Program-made: the position numbers and the translations under genes
Assembly: GCA_965202585.1 (NCBI GenBank)
Contig: OZ241826.1
Span: forward strand, 71,734,001 to 71,798,000
Direction: 5' to 3'
DNA: 64,000 nucleotides
Origin: Thalia democratica
Taxonomy: Eukaryota
Part shown: positions 13,300 through 23,800 of the stretch, piece by piece
Layout: each line of letters opens with the position of its first letter
Position numbering within the stretch: position 1 is the stretch's first letter
Notes under the pieces: model-generated
What the model saw: only the letters and a program-made list of their open reading frames with translations
Databases searched by the model: none
Told to the model about the DNA's origin: nothing

Positions 13300-13615
13300 T
13301 GTAATACATTTAACAACAAGCCCAAAACAAACTTTTTTGATCTTTTTTACGGGTTTCACTGAATCAACTGCTTCACTTTTCACAGAATTAACGTCATTAT
13401 GAGCTTTTTTATTGTTTGTGACATCATTAGACTCAGAGTCACTTGTAGTATCGCCAGATTTTAAATTTTGAACCGGGATGTCGTTAAGTTTGACTTTAAC
13501 AAAATCATCATGGTTTGTTTGCGTAAAGTATTGAAAGGCAGAGAGCCATTTTGCGAAACTTTGTAGGCTTGGGTGTCAAGATAACTTTCAATATTTAATT
13601 CAAGGTTGGAGGCAT
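13300..13615 (-). pseudogene. Degenerate coding segment, paralogous to 17730-18012
   Basis: Translates as SNLELNIESYLDTQAYKVSQNGSLPF[frameshift]QTNHDDFVKVKLNDIPVQNLKSGDTTSDSESNDV and aligns codon-for-codon with the 17.8-kb copy. Confidence 0.4.
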
Positions 13616-14109
13616 ATATTCTTTACCAAAAATACTTTTTTAGCAAAATCAAACTTAGGTAAATATTGAACAAAAGTAAAATTTAGCAGCGAACACGAAT
13701 AGTTAAAACATTTTTCAGATATAGTTTAAAACATTTTCCTAATACAACCTTTCCAAACTTTTCAAAATGCATAAACTCTTAAACTAACAATACCACATAT
13801 TTTTCAAACTTAAACTAATGTACAATAACCTTTACTATGAATACGTCATAATAGTTAAAAAAATTTCAAGTTATAAATTTCTGTTTAACATTGTAATAAA
13901 CTTTAGCTTACTAAAATGTATATGAGGTTATATTTCTCATATATGAAATGGTCTTAAAAACTATTATTTTTATGTGATCAAATAAATGTTTAGCTCCAAT
14001 TTAATTTGTCGAGCACTATCGACCAGAACTTTTAGTATATATATATATATTTATATATTTACTTATATTTATATATATAAAATAAGGTTATTATTCAAAC
14101 TTGAACACC

Positions 14110-15278
14110 TTCTACTGATCCCACTTCAGGGCTTTTAAATAATTTATTGAAATATACGATTTTAAAAATACTGGAACGTTTGTTTCATAAAGACAAAAAA
14201 GATTGTCTTTAATCTTCAGCCAGTTCAAATTTAAAATAAAAAACACTTTAGTAAACAAAGATGCAAAAGTTTACAAAAAAACAAAAACAATATGACGTAA
14301 GAATTGAACATTGTACATTACAAATATTCAGTACAAAAATCGATCTACCAACTAACTAATCAAACAACTAAAATTTACAAAAACAACAGTTAAATGACTA
14401 TAAAATACTTCAAAATTTGTTGTACTTTAAGAGGAGCTTTTTCATATGTCGACAAGACGATATGAGTTCACTCCTCTTATTTAAACAACCTTCCTATTTT
14501 AACGCATACATAACGGCTGTTGATTCTTTTAAGCACAGCCTACAAACAGGGTTGTTACCATCTGCTATTGGCTGTGCTCTTTTTATCACCTCCCAAGTTA
14601 ATTTTAAATCAATGTTTATGCGCTTAAGGCCGCAAACATACTTCGAAAGATCAGTTTCATTTTTGTATACACCACCTTTAAGGATTTTTTATGGTTAGCA
14701 TACCGAAATCTGAATTGAGTAGAGCATAAGCCGATGTAAAACTTCTTTTCAAGGTCAGAGTTAACTGTTGCCTTGTAAATAATGTTCTCTGACCGGCAAT
14801 TGCCCCCCTTCAAATTATATTTACAGGCACCAGCGCAATTACACTGATTTTTGATTAAATTAATTTTGTTTAAAATCCTTTGATTGTGTGACTTGATTAA
14901 TCTCTCCAAATTTGCCATACATGTATAACTGATTCGCATATTATGTTTGTTAAATATCTTTGATAATGGGTTGTTTTTGTTGTAATGTTTTTTTACTAGA
15001 TTTATAAATTCTCTGCCGATGTTTGTTTTAACTGAAGTACAGAATGGGGGATTATACCAAATTATATTTCGCTTTCTTTTATTTTTATTGGTTGTTTTGT
15101 TTTTTTGCTCCGTTGTTTCAAAATTAAGTTTATCATTGTAACCGCATTTTTTCATTATTAGTTCGTAATCTTGCTTTGTCTTTAAAAAGTTTTCTTCGTT
15201 GCTCGATCTTTTATTTAAACGTTGATTAATTATTTTTGGTACTTGGTTTATAATATTTTTTTGATGGCAAGAACATTC
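14110..15278 (-). mobile_element. 5'-truncated, inactivated Penelope-like retroelement (RT C-terminal tail, linker and GIY-YIG endonuclease, 3' region with hammerhead)
   Basis: IINQVPKIINQRL..SSNEENF..YE..KCGY; IIWYNPPF..VKTNIGREF; NIIYKATV..FYIG...FRFRYANH; WEVIKRA..CRLCLKE..LNKRSELISSCRH. Frameshift near 14.65 kb and an in-frame TAG. Confidence 0.88.
14170..14224 (-). ncRNA. Variant type I hammerhead motif of Penelope copy A
   Basis: ACUGG-CUGAAGA-U(UAAAGACA/UGUCUUUA)U-GAAAC-AAAC-GUU-CCAGU. 5-bp stem I and 8-bp stem II, but a non-canonical U.U pair closes stem II and the triplet is GUU. Confidence 0.6.
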
Positions 15279-15280
15279 AT

Positions 15281-15830
15281 TTATCCTGGGAAGTTATAAA
15301 AAGAGCACAGCCTATAGCCGACGGCAATAGCCCAATATGTAGGCTGTGTCTCAAAGAAGCGTCAGCCGTTGTATATGCACTGAAAGACAAGAGATGCCTA
15401 AACAAAAGAAGCGAGTTTGTATCGTCTTGTAGACATATAAAAAAGTCGCTTTTAAAGTTTAACAAGTTTTAATTTCATCTTAAAATGACCTAAATTTCAA
15501 TTTGCATCTTAATTTTATCTTTATCTCTTTCAATTATCTGTCCTAATATATAGTTACTCACTGAAGTTATATGAATTTTTGCTAGTTTATTGTCGATTGG
15601 TAGATTAATTTTTGCACAAGCCGTTTTGCATGATTTTTGATGGTTTCAAAATTACGTCATAATCTATTTATGCAAAAATTTTTTTTCATTCATTGGTGAT
15701 TTTGTTTTGTGCTTTATTTTAAACTTGTTTTGAAGCTGATGAGTGAATAGTCACGAAACTCGAGTCCTTTGAGTTTTGCATCTTTAAATAAACCTTTTTA
15801 ATAATAAAGCCCTCAAGGTGGGCTCAGTGT
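15281..15830 (+). mobile_element. 3' end of a second, diverged Penelope-like element in inverted orientation
   Basis: LSWEVIKRAQPIADGNSPICRLCLKEASAVVYALKDKRCLNKRSEFVSSCRHIKKSLLKFNKF*. The 3' region has a hammerhead and the motif AAAGCCCTCAAGGTGGGCTCAG, homologous to AAAGCCCTGAAGTGGGATCAG of copy A. Confidence 0.85.
15721..15777 (+). ncRNA. Canonical minimal type I hammerhead ribozyme
   Basis: AAG-CUGAUGA(15736-42)-GUGA-AUAG-UCAC-GAAA-C-UCGA-GUC(15764-66)-CUU. Stem III is the palindrome ACUCGAGU. Predicted cleavage is after C15766. Confidence 0.85.
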
Positions 15831-17729
15831 GAAAAATTTAATTTATTATGTTTAATAACTTAATTATATATATATATATATATATGTTTTTTAATCATCA
15901 GCTAGTTATATAAATTGAACTAGCTGATGGTTAAAGCATTTAACTTTATGAAACATATATACTAGAAATTTTAAAATCGTTTTTTTTTCTAACAATCTAT
16001 ATATATATATATATATATCTGCTACTTATACTTTTTACTATCCATCATTTTATCAAATACACTGTTGAATTTAATGAGTAATCATAACTAGAAGAATGTA
16101 AAGAATTGTTTAAACTAGGTATTTTTGCTTTTCTCGTAAAAGTAAGTTCGTATAAACAAGGATTTAACAAACTCGTTTATTAAATCTCCCACAAAAATAA
16201 AACAACTTTGCTCTTATCTAACTTATTTTCAGCTGAATTTTTTAATGTAACTATGTTTTATACACTTAACTTAATTTTATTTTTGGTACTAATATCATAT
16301 TAAAATAACCAATTTTAAACATTGGTCATACCGTTCTAACTGAACTTTTTAACATCTTAAGGAAGATCATAAAACAGAATTTAAACAAATTTTAAAGAAA
16401 ACATCTTTGTTTTGTTTTATTATTTTCCGTTATATGAAATGTTGTTACACAGACTAGAGAAAATATCTTAGTTGTAATGAACTGCTAGAATGAGAATCTT
16501 AGTTTTGAAAAATTGTTTGAATTGTTTTACTAACAAAAATTTTGTTATACTATAACTTTTATACAACAAAACAACTTTAAAAAAATTAACACAGCTTTGG
16601 GTAAAACTTTTACCAAGTAGATTGCAATAGTAAACAGTTTTTATTACTAAAAATTTTTTTTAATTAATGTTGACAATTTTTATAATTAAAAACTTATCAT
16701 ATCGAGTGTTTTGAAATATATAAATTAATTCCATATGAATTATTCAAGCATTAGAATTTCAGTGTTTTAAATTCAGTAAAATTGTCCCCTTTTTTGTCCA
16801 GCTACGATTTATTGCCCATTGATTTGCTAAAACGAGGCAAAAGGGAGTGTTAATACCCACTTTGGTATACCCTGGTTTAAACACAAATGATTTCATAGAA
16901 CAATATAAGTTCAAACCATTATAAATATCAAACTATAGCAAAAATAAACTTTCAACTATAAGTATTTATATCGTGAAAAAGTTTTTGTTAAACCTTTTTA
17001 AAACGGTTGAATATTTTTTGAAACAATTTGTCTTCATGTTAAGTATAGAGAGAGCTTCAATTAATCTAACGAATTATCAGTTCATATATTTTTTTAAACG
17101 ATTAACTTTAAAGCTTACTTTTTCACAACTGTCTAAAAACTAACAACATGATTAAGTTTCAAAACTTACATTTATGTCAATCAAGTTTACAGTCAAAAAT
17201 AAAAATGTCAAAAACAAAAAAAATACATTTAATATACCATTTTTTTACAGTTTTTGTTGTAATATAAGCGTTAAACTTTTAAGTTGTCTATGAATAATTT
17301 TTGTTTTTTTACTATGTTTAGTCAGTTTTGTAAAAGATAACTTTATTCTTTTAGCCTTATTTGAATTTGTAATTATTTTTTTATAATATTAAGACTTACC
17401 TCAGGGTTTTCAAAACTTTTTTCAAAATCCCCCCTTAAAGTAAATAAAAAGCTTTTTCTTATTTTGATAAATGTATGAAATAGTTGTAAATATTAAGAAA
17501 TTTTAAGATATTCAAGCTTATTATCTTCAAAGAGAAAATTCAAAGCAGCTGTGCCTTTTTATTTCACAAGCACAAGTGTTAAATGTTATTTTAAAAAAAT
17601 TCTCCAAAAAGTTTTAAAACAAACAGCAAATTGTAATTAGAATTAGTACTGCTTAGATGTTACGAATATAATTAAATTTGTAAGTAATAAGGCATAAACA
17701 TCTAGTTTAAAAGAGCTGTTTCATTTATC

Positions 17730-18012
17730 AAAGAACTGTCGTAATTTTGGCTTTTTTTCTTGTCTGAGACGTCGTAAGACTCCGGTTCACTTGTAGTTTC
17801 GTCAGATTTAGAATCTTGAACTAGAAAATCATTGAATTCTGTTTTAGGACAGTCATCATGGTTTGTTGGCATTTAGTAAAATTTAGTGAAAGATTTAGTG
17901 AAAGGCAGAGAGCCTTTAGGTGTAGTTTTGTAGACTTGGGTGTCATGAATGCTTTCAACATTTGGTTCAAGTTTTGATGGATTTTCAGTAGAAACATGAT
18001 CATTAAACTCAT
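17730..18012 (-). pseudogene. Degenerate exon, paralogous to 13300-13615; possible upstream 28-nt mini-exon at about 18150-18177
   Basis: TTACAG acceptor, then (D)EFNDHVSTENPSKLEPNVESIHDTQVYKTTPKGSLPFTKSFTKFY*MPTNHDDCPKTEFNDFLVQDSKSDETTSEPESYDV. The stop lies in a local TTTCACTAAA duplication. Confidence 0.4.
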
Positions 18013-20812
18013 CTGTAAGAATTAAAATAGTTGCCTTCATCATTGGTGTAATAGAAGTTACTTAATTTTAGAATTAACACTATTTTACTAGTTAATATTG
18101 TTTTAAGAGATAAGACAGGGAACCAAACTACAAAGTGTTAAAAGCTAACCTGGTGAAACTTTTGATTCAATTACCACCTGAAAGTATAATTTACAGTAAA
18201 TGAAAATAATACAAAAGATAAGGCTTTGAAAAATCATGATACTTTTGAACTTATTATGGACTGCATGAAAAAGTAAGTATTAAATGCAATATTTAACTGA
18301 TTTGATGTTTTATTTAAATTAGGGCAAATAACAATTTAGTTACAATAAAATCGGTTTGTTATGACTTACTCTGTCAACAACTATCTGATCAGCAGCTAAA
18401 AAGATTGGACACAAAATAAGTAGTAGTGTAAATATCTTCATATTCAAACTATACTTTTTACTAGAAAGTACTAGACAAACTAACATTTAGTAAACTTTTT
18501 TTTTTTACTTTATCAACAGCAACTTAAGTTTAATAACAACTATAGATAAATAAAATTATAAAAATATATTCTTAAGCGTAAGAATCAATAAATTTGTTAA
18601 GTAAAAGCATAAACTTCTGTCCTAATTAAGACTTATAAAATAAACTATTACAGTTGTATAAGACAATAATTTAAAGGTTTTTTATTTACTAAAGAACTTA
18701 AATTTTGTTATGAATATAAATTATCACAGCATTTAAATTATTTTTCACCTATTTAATAAGTAATAAGGTAGAATTGGACACAAAACTCACTAACAAACCT
18801 AATGTAACAGGATTAATTTTTAACACAGTTATCTATACAGGAAATTTATATATACATAGTTATATAATAAATTATCTTTCATAGAACAAATTAAAATTAA
18901 CTATTTTTTAAAAATTACTCAACCGATGTATAACAACTTCACTGATAGAAAAATGAATTAAAATATACAGCATATCAAGTAGACTAACTGTCTAAAACTC
19001 TTTTTGATAAAAGTTGATTCTTATTTTTTCAAAGCTCTGGTCTTCATTTTTCATTAAAAAACTTCAGTTTCTTAAAAATTAGCAAAATAACTAACAATCT
19101 ATGAATCTATGGTTTATTACTTTAATTATTGATATAATTCTTTAGATAATATTTCAAATGTTGAAAGTTTTAAAATACAAAGCCGCTGTTGCTCAAAAAA
19201 TATACTTAATTTAGAATAATGCATACTCCATATTAAGTGTTACTTATAAAAATATATAACTATGTTTAACCAGTTGCATAGCATTAGATCAAAAGTTTTT
19301 CTACAAAAAAGTACTTATAAAAAATTTTTTATAAACAGATAACAGATTTATGTATTTTTGTGTAATTCGAAATTTTTAAGATCGCCTAACTTGCCAAAAA
19401 GAACCATTCATAGCTAAAAGAAATTCTCAAAAAAGTTAGACACCTGTAATGGTTATTTTAGTTAAAAAAGAAGTTTAGTTAATATGTATACTTCCACTTT
19501 TAGAAAGTATGTAACTTATCTTAATAATGCAATTAACATAGTAATTTAGTTAAAATTGAGAGTTTGTTAGAAAACAATATGATAGTTTATGAAAATAAAT
19601 TTTATTATAATCTTTTTAGTCAGTCTCTGTAATTATCGACCTTAGAAAGCTTTTTTTTACGAGAAAACATTAATTATTGTATTTGTTAAACAAAATAACA
19701 ATTATATAAGAAACATCGAATAGGGAGTTTTATTACTAACTAAAAGTAAGTGTATATAACAAGTTAGAAATAAAATACACTTTTGAAAGTGTTTAAGTTA
19801 CTGGTTACTGGTTTTTGTTTAACTCAGCAACATTTTGAACACGCATATATTAAGTCTAAATGATTTATGCTTTATTCAAAAGTTTAGAGTATTTCGGTAA
19901 ATTTTGTATTTTATACATAGTTTTACTTAAACCATGGACAGCTAAATAAAAATATATAAGTTTTTTTATTAGTTCTAGATAGAACTAAACAAAAGTATAA
20001 AAAAATTAACACTTAAAACATTGGTAATAATCATTTGTTTGATTTGTTTATACAACAACTATCTTCATGCAATTTTACCGTTGTACTCATATAGAGTAGT
20101 TTTATATTTGACAAACAAATGGTTTATTCGCTTGAGGGCGACTCTTGCACAAAATGTCTTATCTGGCTTATTAGCACCATTTAAAGACATTCCAAAATTA
20201 ATCGTATAACGTTTAAACGGTACAGAAGTTTTTGTTAAGTTAATAGATTTAGATGAAACTACAGCTTTTTTTTTCACTTTTAATTAAAATTGAATATGTA
20301 ATGGTTTCAGTATAAGAGCATGGCTGAAAATTTAAATTAAGTTTTGAATAGACTGTTAGTTCAAATTGGTTTGTTTTAAGTATTTCATATAAACAGTTTT
20401 TGTAATATTTATATTTTTATTAAAGTTTTTTTTCAAAGTAAGCTCAACTATTGCTATATTCTTAAAGTTGTATATTTAGATAAACTGAAAAGCAATTTCG
20501 ACTTTTCGAAAAAAAATGAAAATTTTGAGACTTAAGTAGGCAAGAATAATTAGTATTATATTTGCATAATACTATGAAAAAACCGCAATTAAAATTTATT
20601 TTTTTATTTTTTTTGGAATTATTTTATTAGAATATTTAAAAAAATTCAGCAATTAGTTTAAAGTAAGTAATATATGTATCAATGTTATAAACCAAAACTA
20701 GTTTTAAGCGTAGATAAAGCATGCTTTTTTTTCCGAAAATTTTTAATTTTAATCCTTCTAAAGTATTTTTGTTAATATAACAGATTAGTTAATCATAGAA
20801 AACCTTTTTACA

Positions 20813-23800
20813 ATGGAAAACCAGCACAGCAGTTACCACCACTCCTTTTCTTACCCTCCTCACTTTTACTCCTCCATAGTTCCGAGGGAGGTCGTCAGTC
20901 AAAACTGGAGCCCGGCAAACCTCCATCACCACTTCCACGCCAAAAATCCCCGAACGTCGGAAAAAGCGAGCGAAAACCTGATAAGTTCAATAAGCGGTGC
21001 GAGCGAGGGAATTGGTGAGCAGCGAGTTTTCGAAAATGGCCGCCACGCTGTACGGAGCAGCAAAGTTCCTTATCAGTACTTCCAACAGCAGCACCCGGGG
21101 TTTGCGGCCAACAAGATTTATTTTCCTCGCATCAACCCCTTTTCCAACATGAGGCGCGCGTACGAGGAGAGCCGCTTCGAAGGGTACAAGTTTCCCTGGA
21201 TGAAGAACACCCGGTCCCATCATTACGAGTGGAAGCTTCAATGGCAAAGAGGTAACTTGGCCTTTAGACTTGGTTGAATTTTTTGATGGTCTTATAAAAA
21301 AATAAGTTTTTTTTTTTATAAAGTATCGAGCTTGGTTTAATAATATAAAAAAATTATAGAAATATAAACAACAAATTAAGAATAGTGTTATAAACATTAT
21401 ACATGTTTTGTTTTAAAGAAAGTAACAGATTAAATTTAGTGCATTCAAAACTATCAAAATTTTTAAACTTATATAAAAATACTTATATACTTGTATGCTA
21501 TTTTATTTTAACTTTTAAGCTAGTTGGTTGAAGTTGAAACCGATACTATAGAAGTATTTGTAAAAAAAAGTTATTTCTAAATCTTCTTAATTGTATATCA
21601 GCTTTAGTTTGAACACTAAAATAATTTTGACATCAACAACTGAATTATAAACGTCATTCGTAAAATTTTCCTATAGCTTAGTTTATAAAAAACTCTTAAA
21701 GGTTAAGAAAATGCGTCTTAATTATCTATAGACGTTAAAAGTGTCAATTAGTATTACTTAAATACTGGTAGTTGTAAAATTTTTATAACTTTAATGAGAT
21801 TATAAAGTAAACTATTCTACTAAAGTAGATTTTTTTATGTACTTTTTTACTGTTTGTTAAATTTGATATACATACGTAAAACTGATGATAAAAAAGCTTC
21901 ATATATGTATTAGTATTTAAAAAACTGAAAAATTTTTTTTTATTTTCGACATGCCTTAGTGTCTTTATATTCTGGGATTAACAACATGGATTTTAATTAA
22001 TTTGATATAGAAATAAAAGCATTAGCTCTTTCCTTCTTTGTTAGTAATAAAAATACTGTAGATTAAGATAAAACTTTAAATATCAATGTAAGAGTAATAT
22101 TTTTATTAATCAAAAAAAGCTTAATTTTAAAAGCTAGTAAATTTAAAAGAACCACGGTTTTAATTTACAAATCGTCTGTTATTATAATTAAAGATTTCAA
22201 AGTCTAAACTTTATTAAGTTGATAATTGACTGATTTTAACAGCATATAAATGTAAGACAGAACTAAAGTAATTAAAAAACTGGGTAGGTTATTCAAAAAA
22301 TATTCATAAACACAAACTAACTTAAAGTACAAAGTATACTCAAAAAATATGTTGCAAATAATTTTTAAATTATTATGTGACCTTGTTTATCAAAAACGAC
22401 AGGTTTTTTTGCAAAAAAAAAGAAAAATTATTGAAGTTTTTATTAAAGAGTTGTACTTTTTTATATTAAATATTTTCAATATTAATTATCAATATCATTT
22501 ATAAAATAAATAATTTTTTTCATAAAACTTCGGATAAAAATTAGTTTGTTGAAAAAAAAATTTCAACTGTAGAAAATAATTCATTTTAGTTTAATAGATA
22601 CGATAGAAATATCAACGATGAAAAATTTTGGTCAAAGGACCTGGTATATATAAAGACCTTTTGGTTATCGAGCTACGCTTTAAGACTTTAAAACTCTATT
22701 GTTTTAAAAGGTATCAAATATTTCAGTTAGTTAGTATAAGTTCTGTTACTACCGTATAAAGCATGTAGTAAAAAAAAACATGTACTATAACAACTTTTCT
22801 ATCGATATTCGAAAAAAAAATACTAGTAAAACTGCTTAATCTTTTAGTTTATATAAATAAAATAAAGACTGTAACAGTATACAGTTTATGTCTGTTTTGA
22901 AAGAATGATTGTCATTTAACACATAAAATTTTGTTCACGCCGAGTAACCTTCTAAGCACACTAGTGTGCGTATGTAAGCATGCTGTCTAGTCATAATAAC
23001 ATCATTGTAAGCATTTAAACATAACTACGAAAATTGTATATTTGCACTTCAAATTTTAGTGTAATTTTTTAAGCACTTCGCTATCAGGTATTAGGCCTTC
23101 TACTATCGCTTGTTTCATCTAGCAGAGTTATTTATTGTAATTTTTGCAAGCACTTGCACCCCATTTTACAAAACACAGTTTTTATATATCTAATTATAAG
23201 TCAATAACTTTACCTTATAACATTATTTATTGTGACGAAGTTAGATTTGATACTTCGTTTTATTTTGATCGTCTATGTCACGTTTAACTGCATTGCAAAA
23301 CTTTAAGGTATGAGTGTTTAGTCAAAACTACATACTTGTCTGTTTATTTTTAGAGTTTAGTTGGAAGAAATTGTTATTGTTAACGAAAGTTGCTAAAGAG
23401 TTTCGTTGTGTTATTTATGTTTCTATAAAAAAAATATATCATTAAAGTAGTTTTAAAACTATTTTCAAAAAAAAAATTGATTTTAAATTTAAGTTTATTC
23501 TAGCATCCAACAGAAACTATTTTAAGTTTATAATAAATAATGATTAGTTTAGTATACCATATTACAGTTTATAATTACAATTTATAACCAAAATTAAAGT
23601 TTTTAGGGAAAAACAGCCAAAATAAAGTTTTACCGAGCTATATTATCAACTAATTATATTTATAACAACTTTTTTTATATCTATACATATATACAATTGA
23701 CATTATTTAACTTAATAGATCTTTTCAATAGGAGAATAAATTTACAAAAAGACGTTTTTAAAAACTTTTTTGAACGAAATTATATCTATATTTATTTGCA

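Noticed and set aside
14417-14698. ORFs 14417-14698 (+) and 15277-15465 (-) that resemble each other
   Set aside because: Both are antisense translations of the Penelope GIY-YIG C-termini.
15896-15929. 12-bp perfect hairpin CATCAGCTAGTT...AACTAGCTGATG
   Set aside because: Too short and isolated to assign; there is no ribozyme core or Helitron end context.
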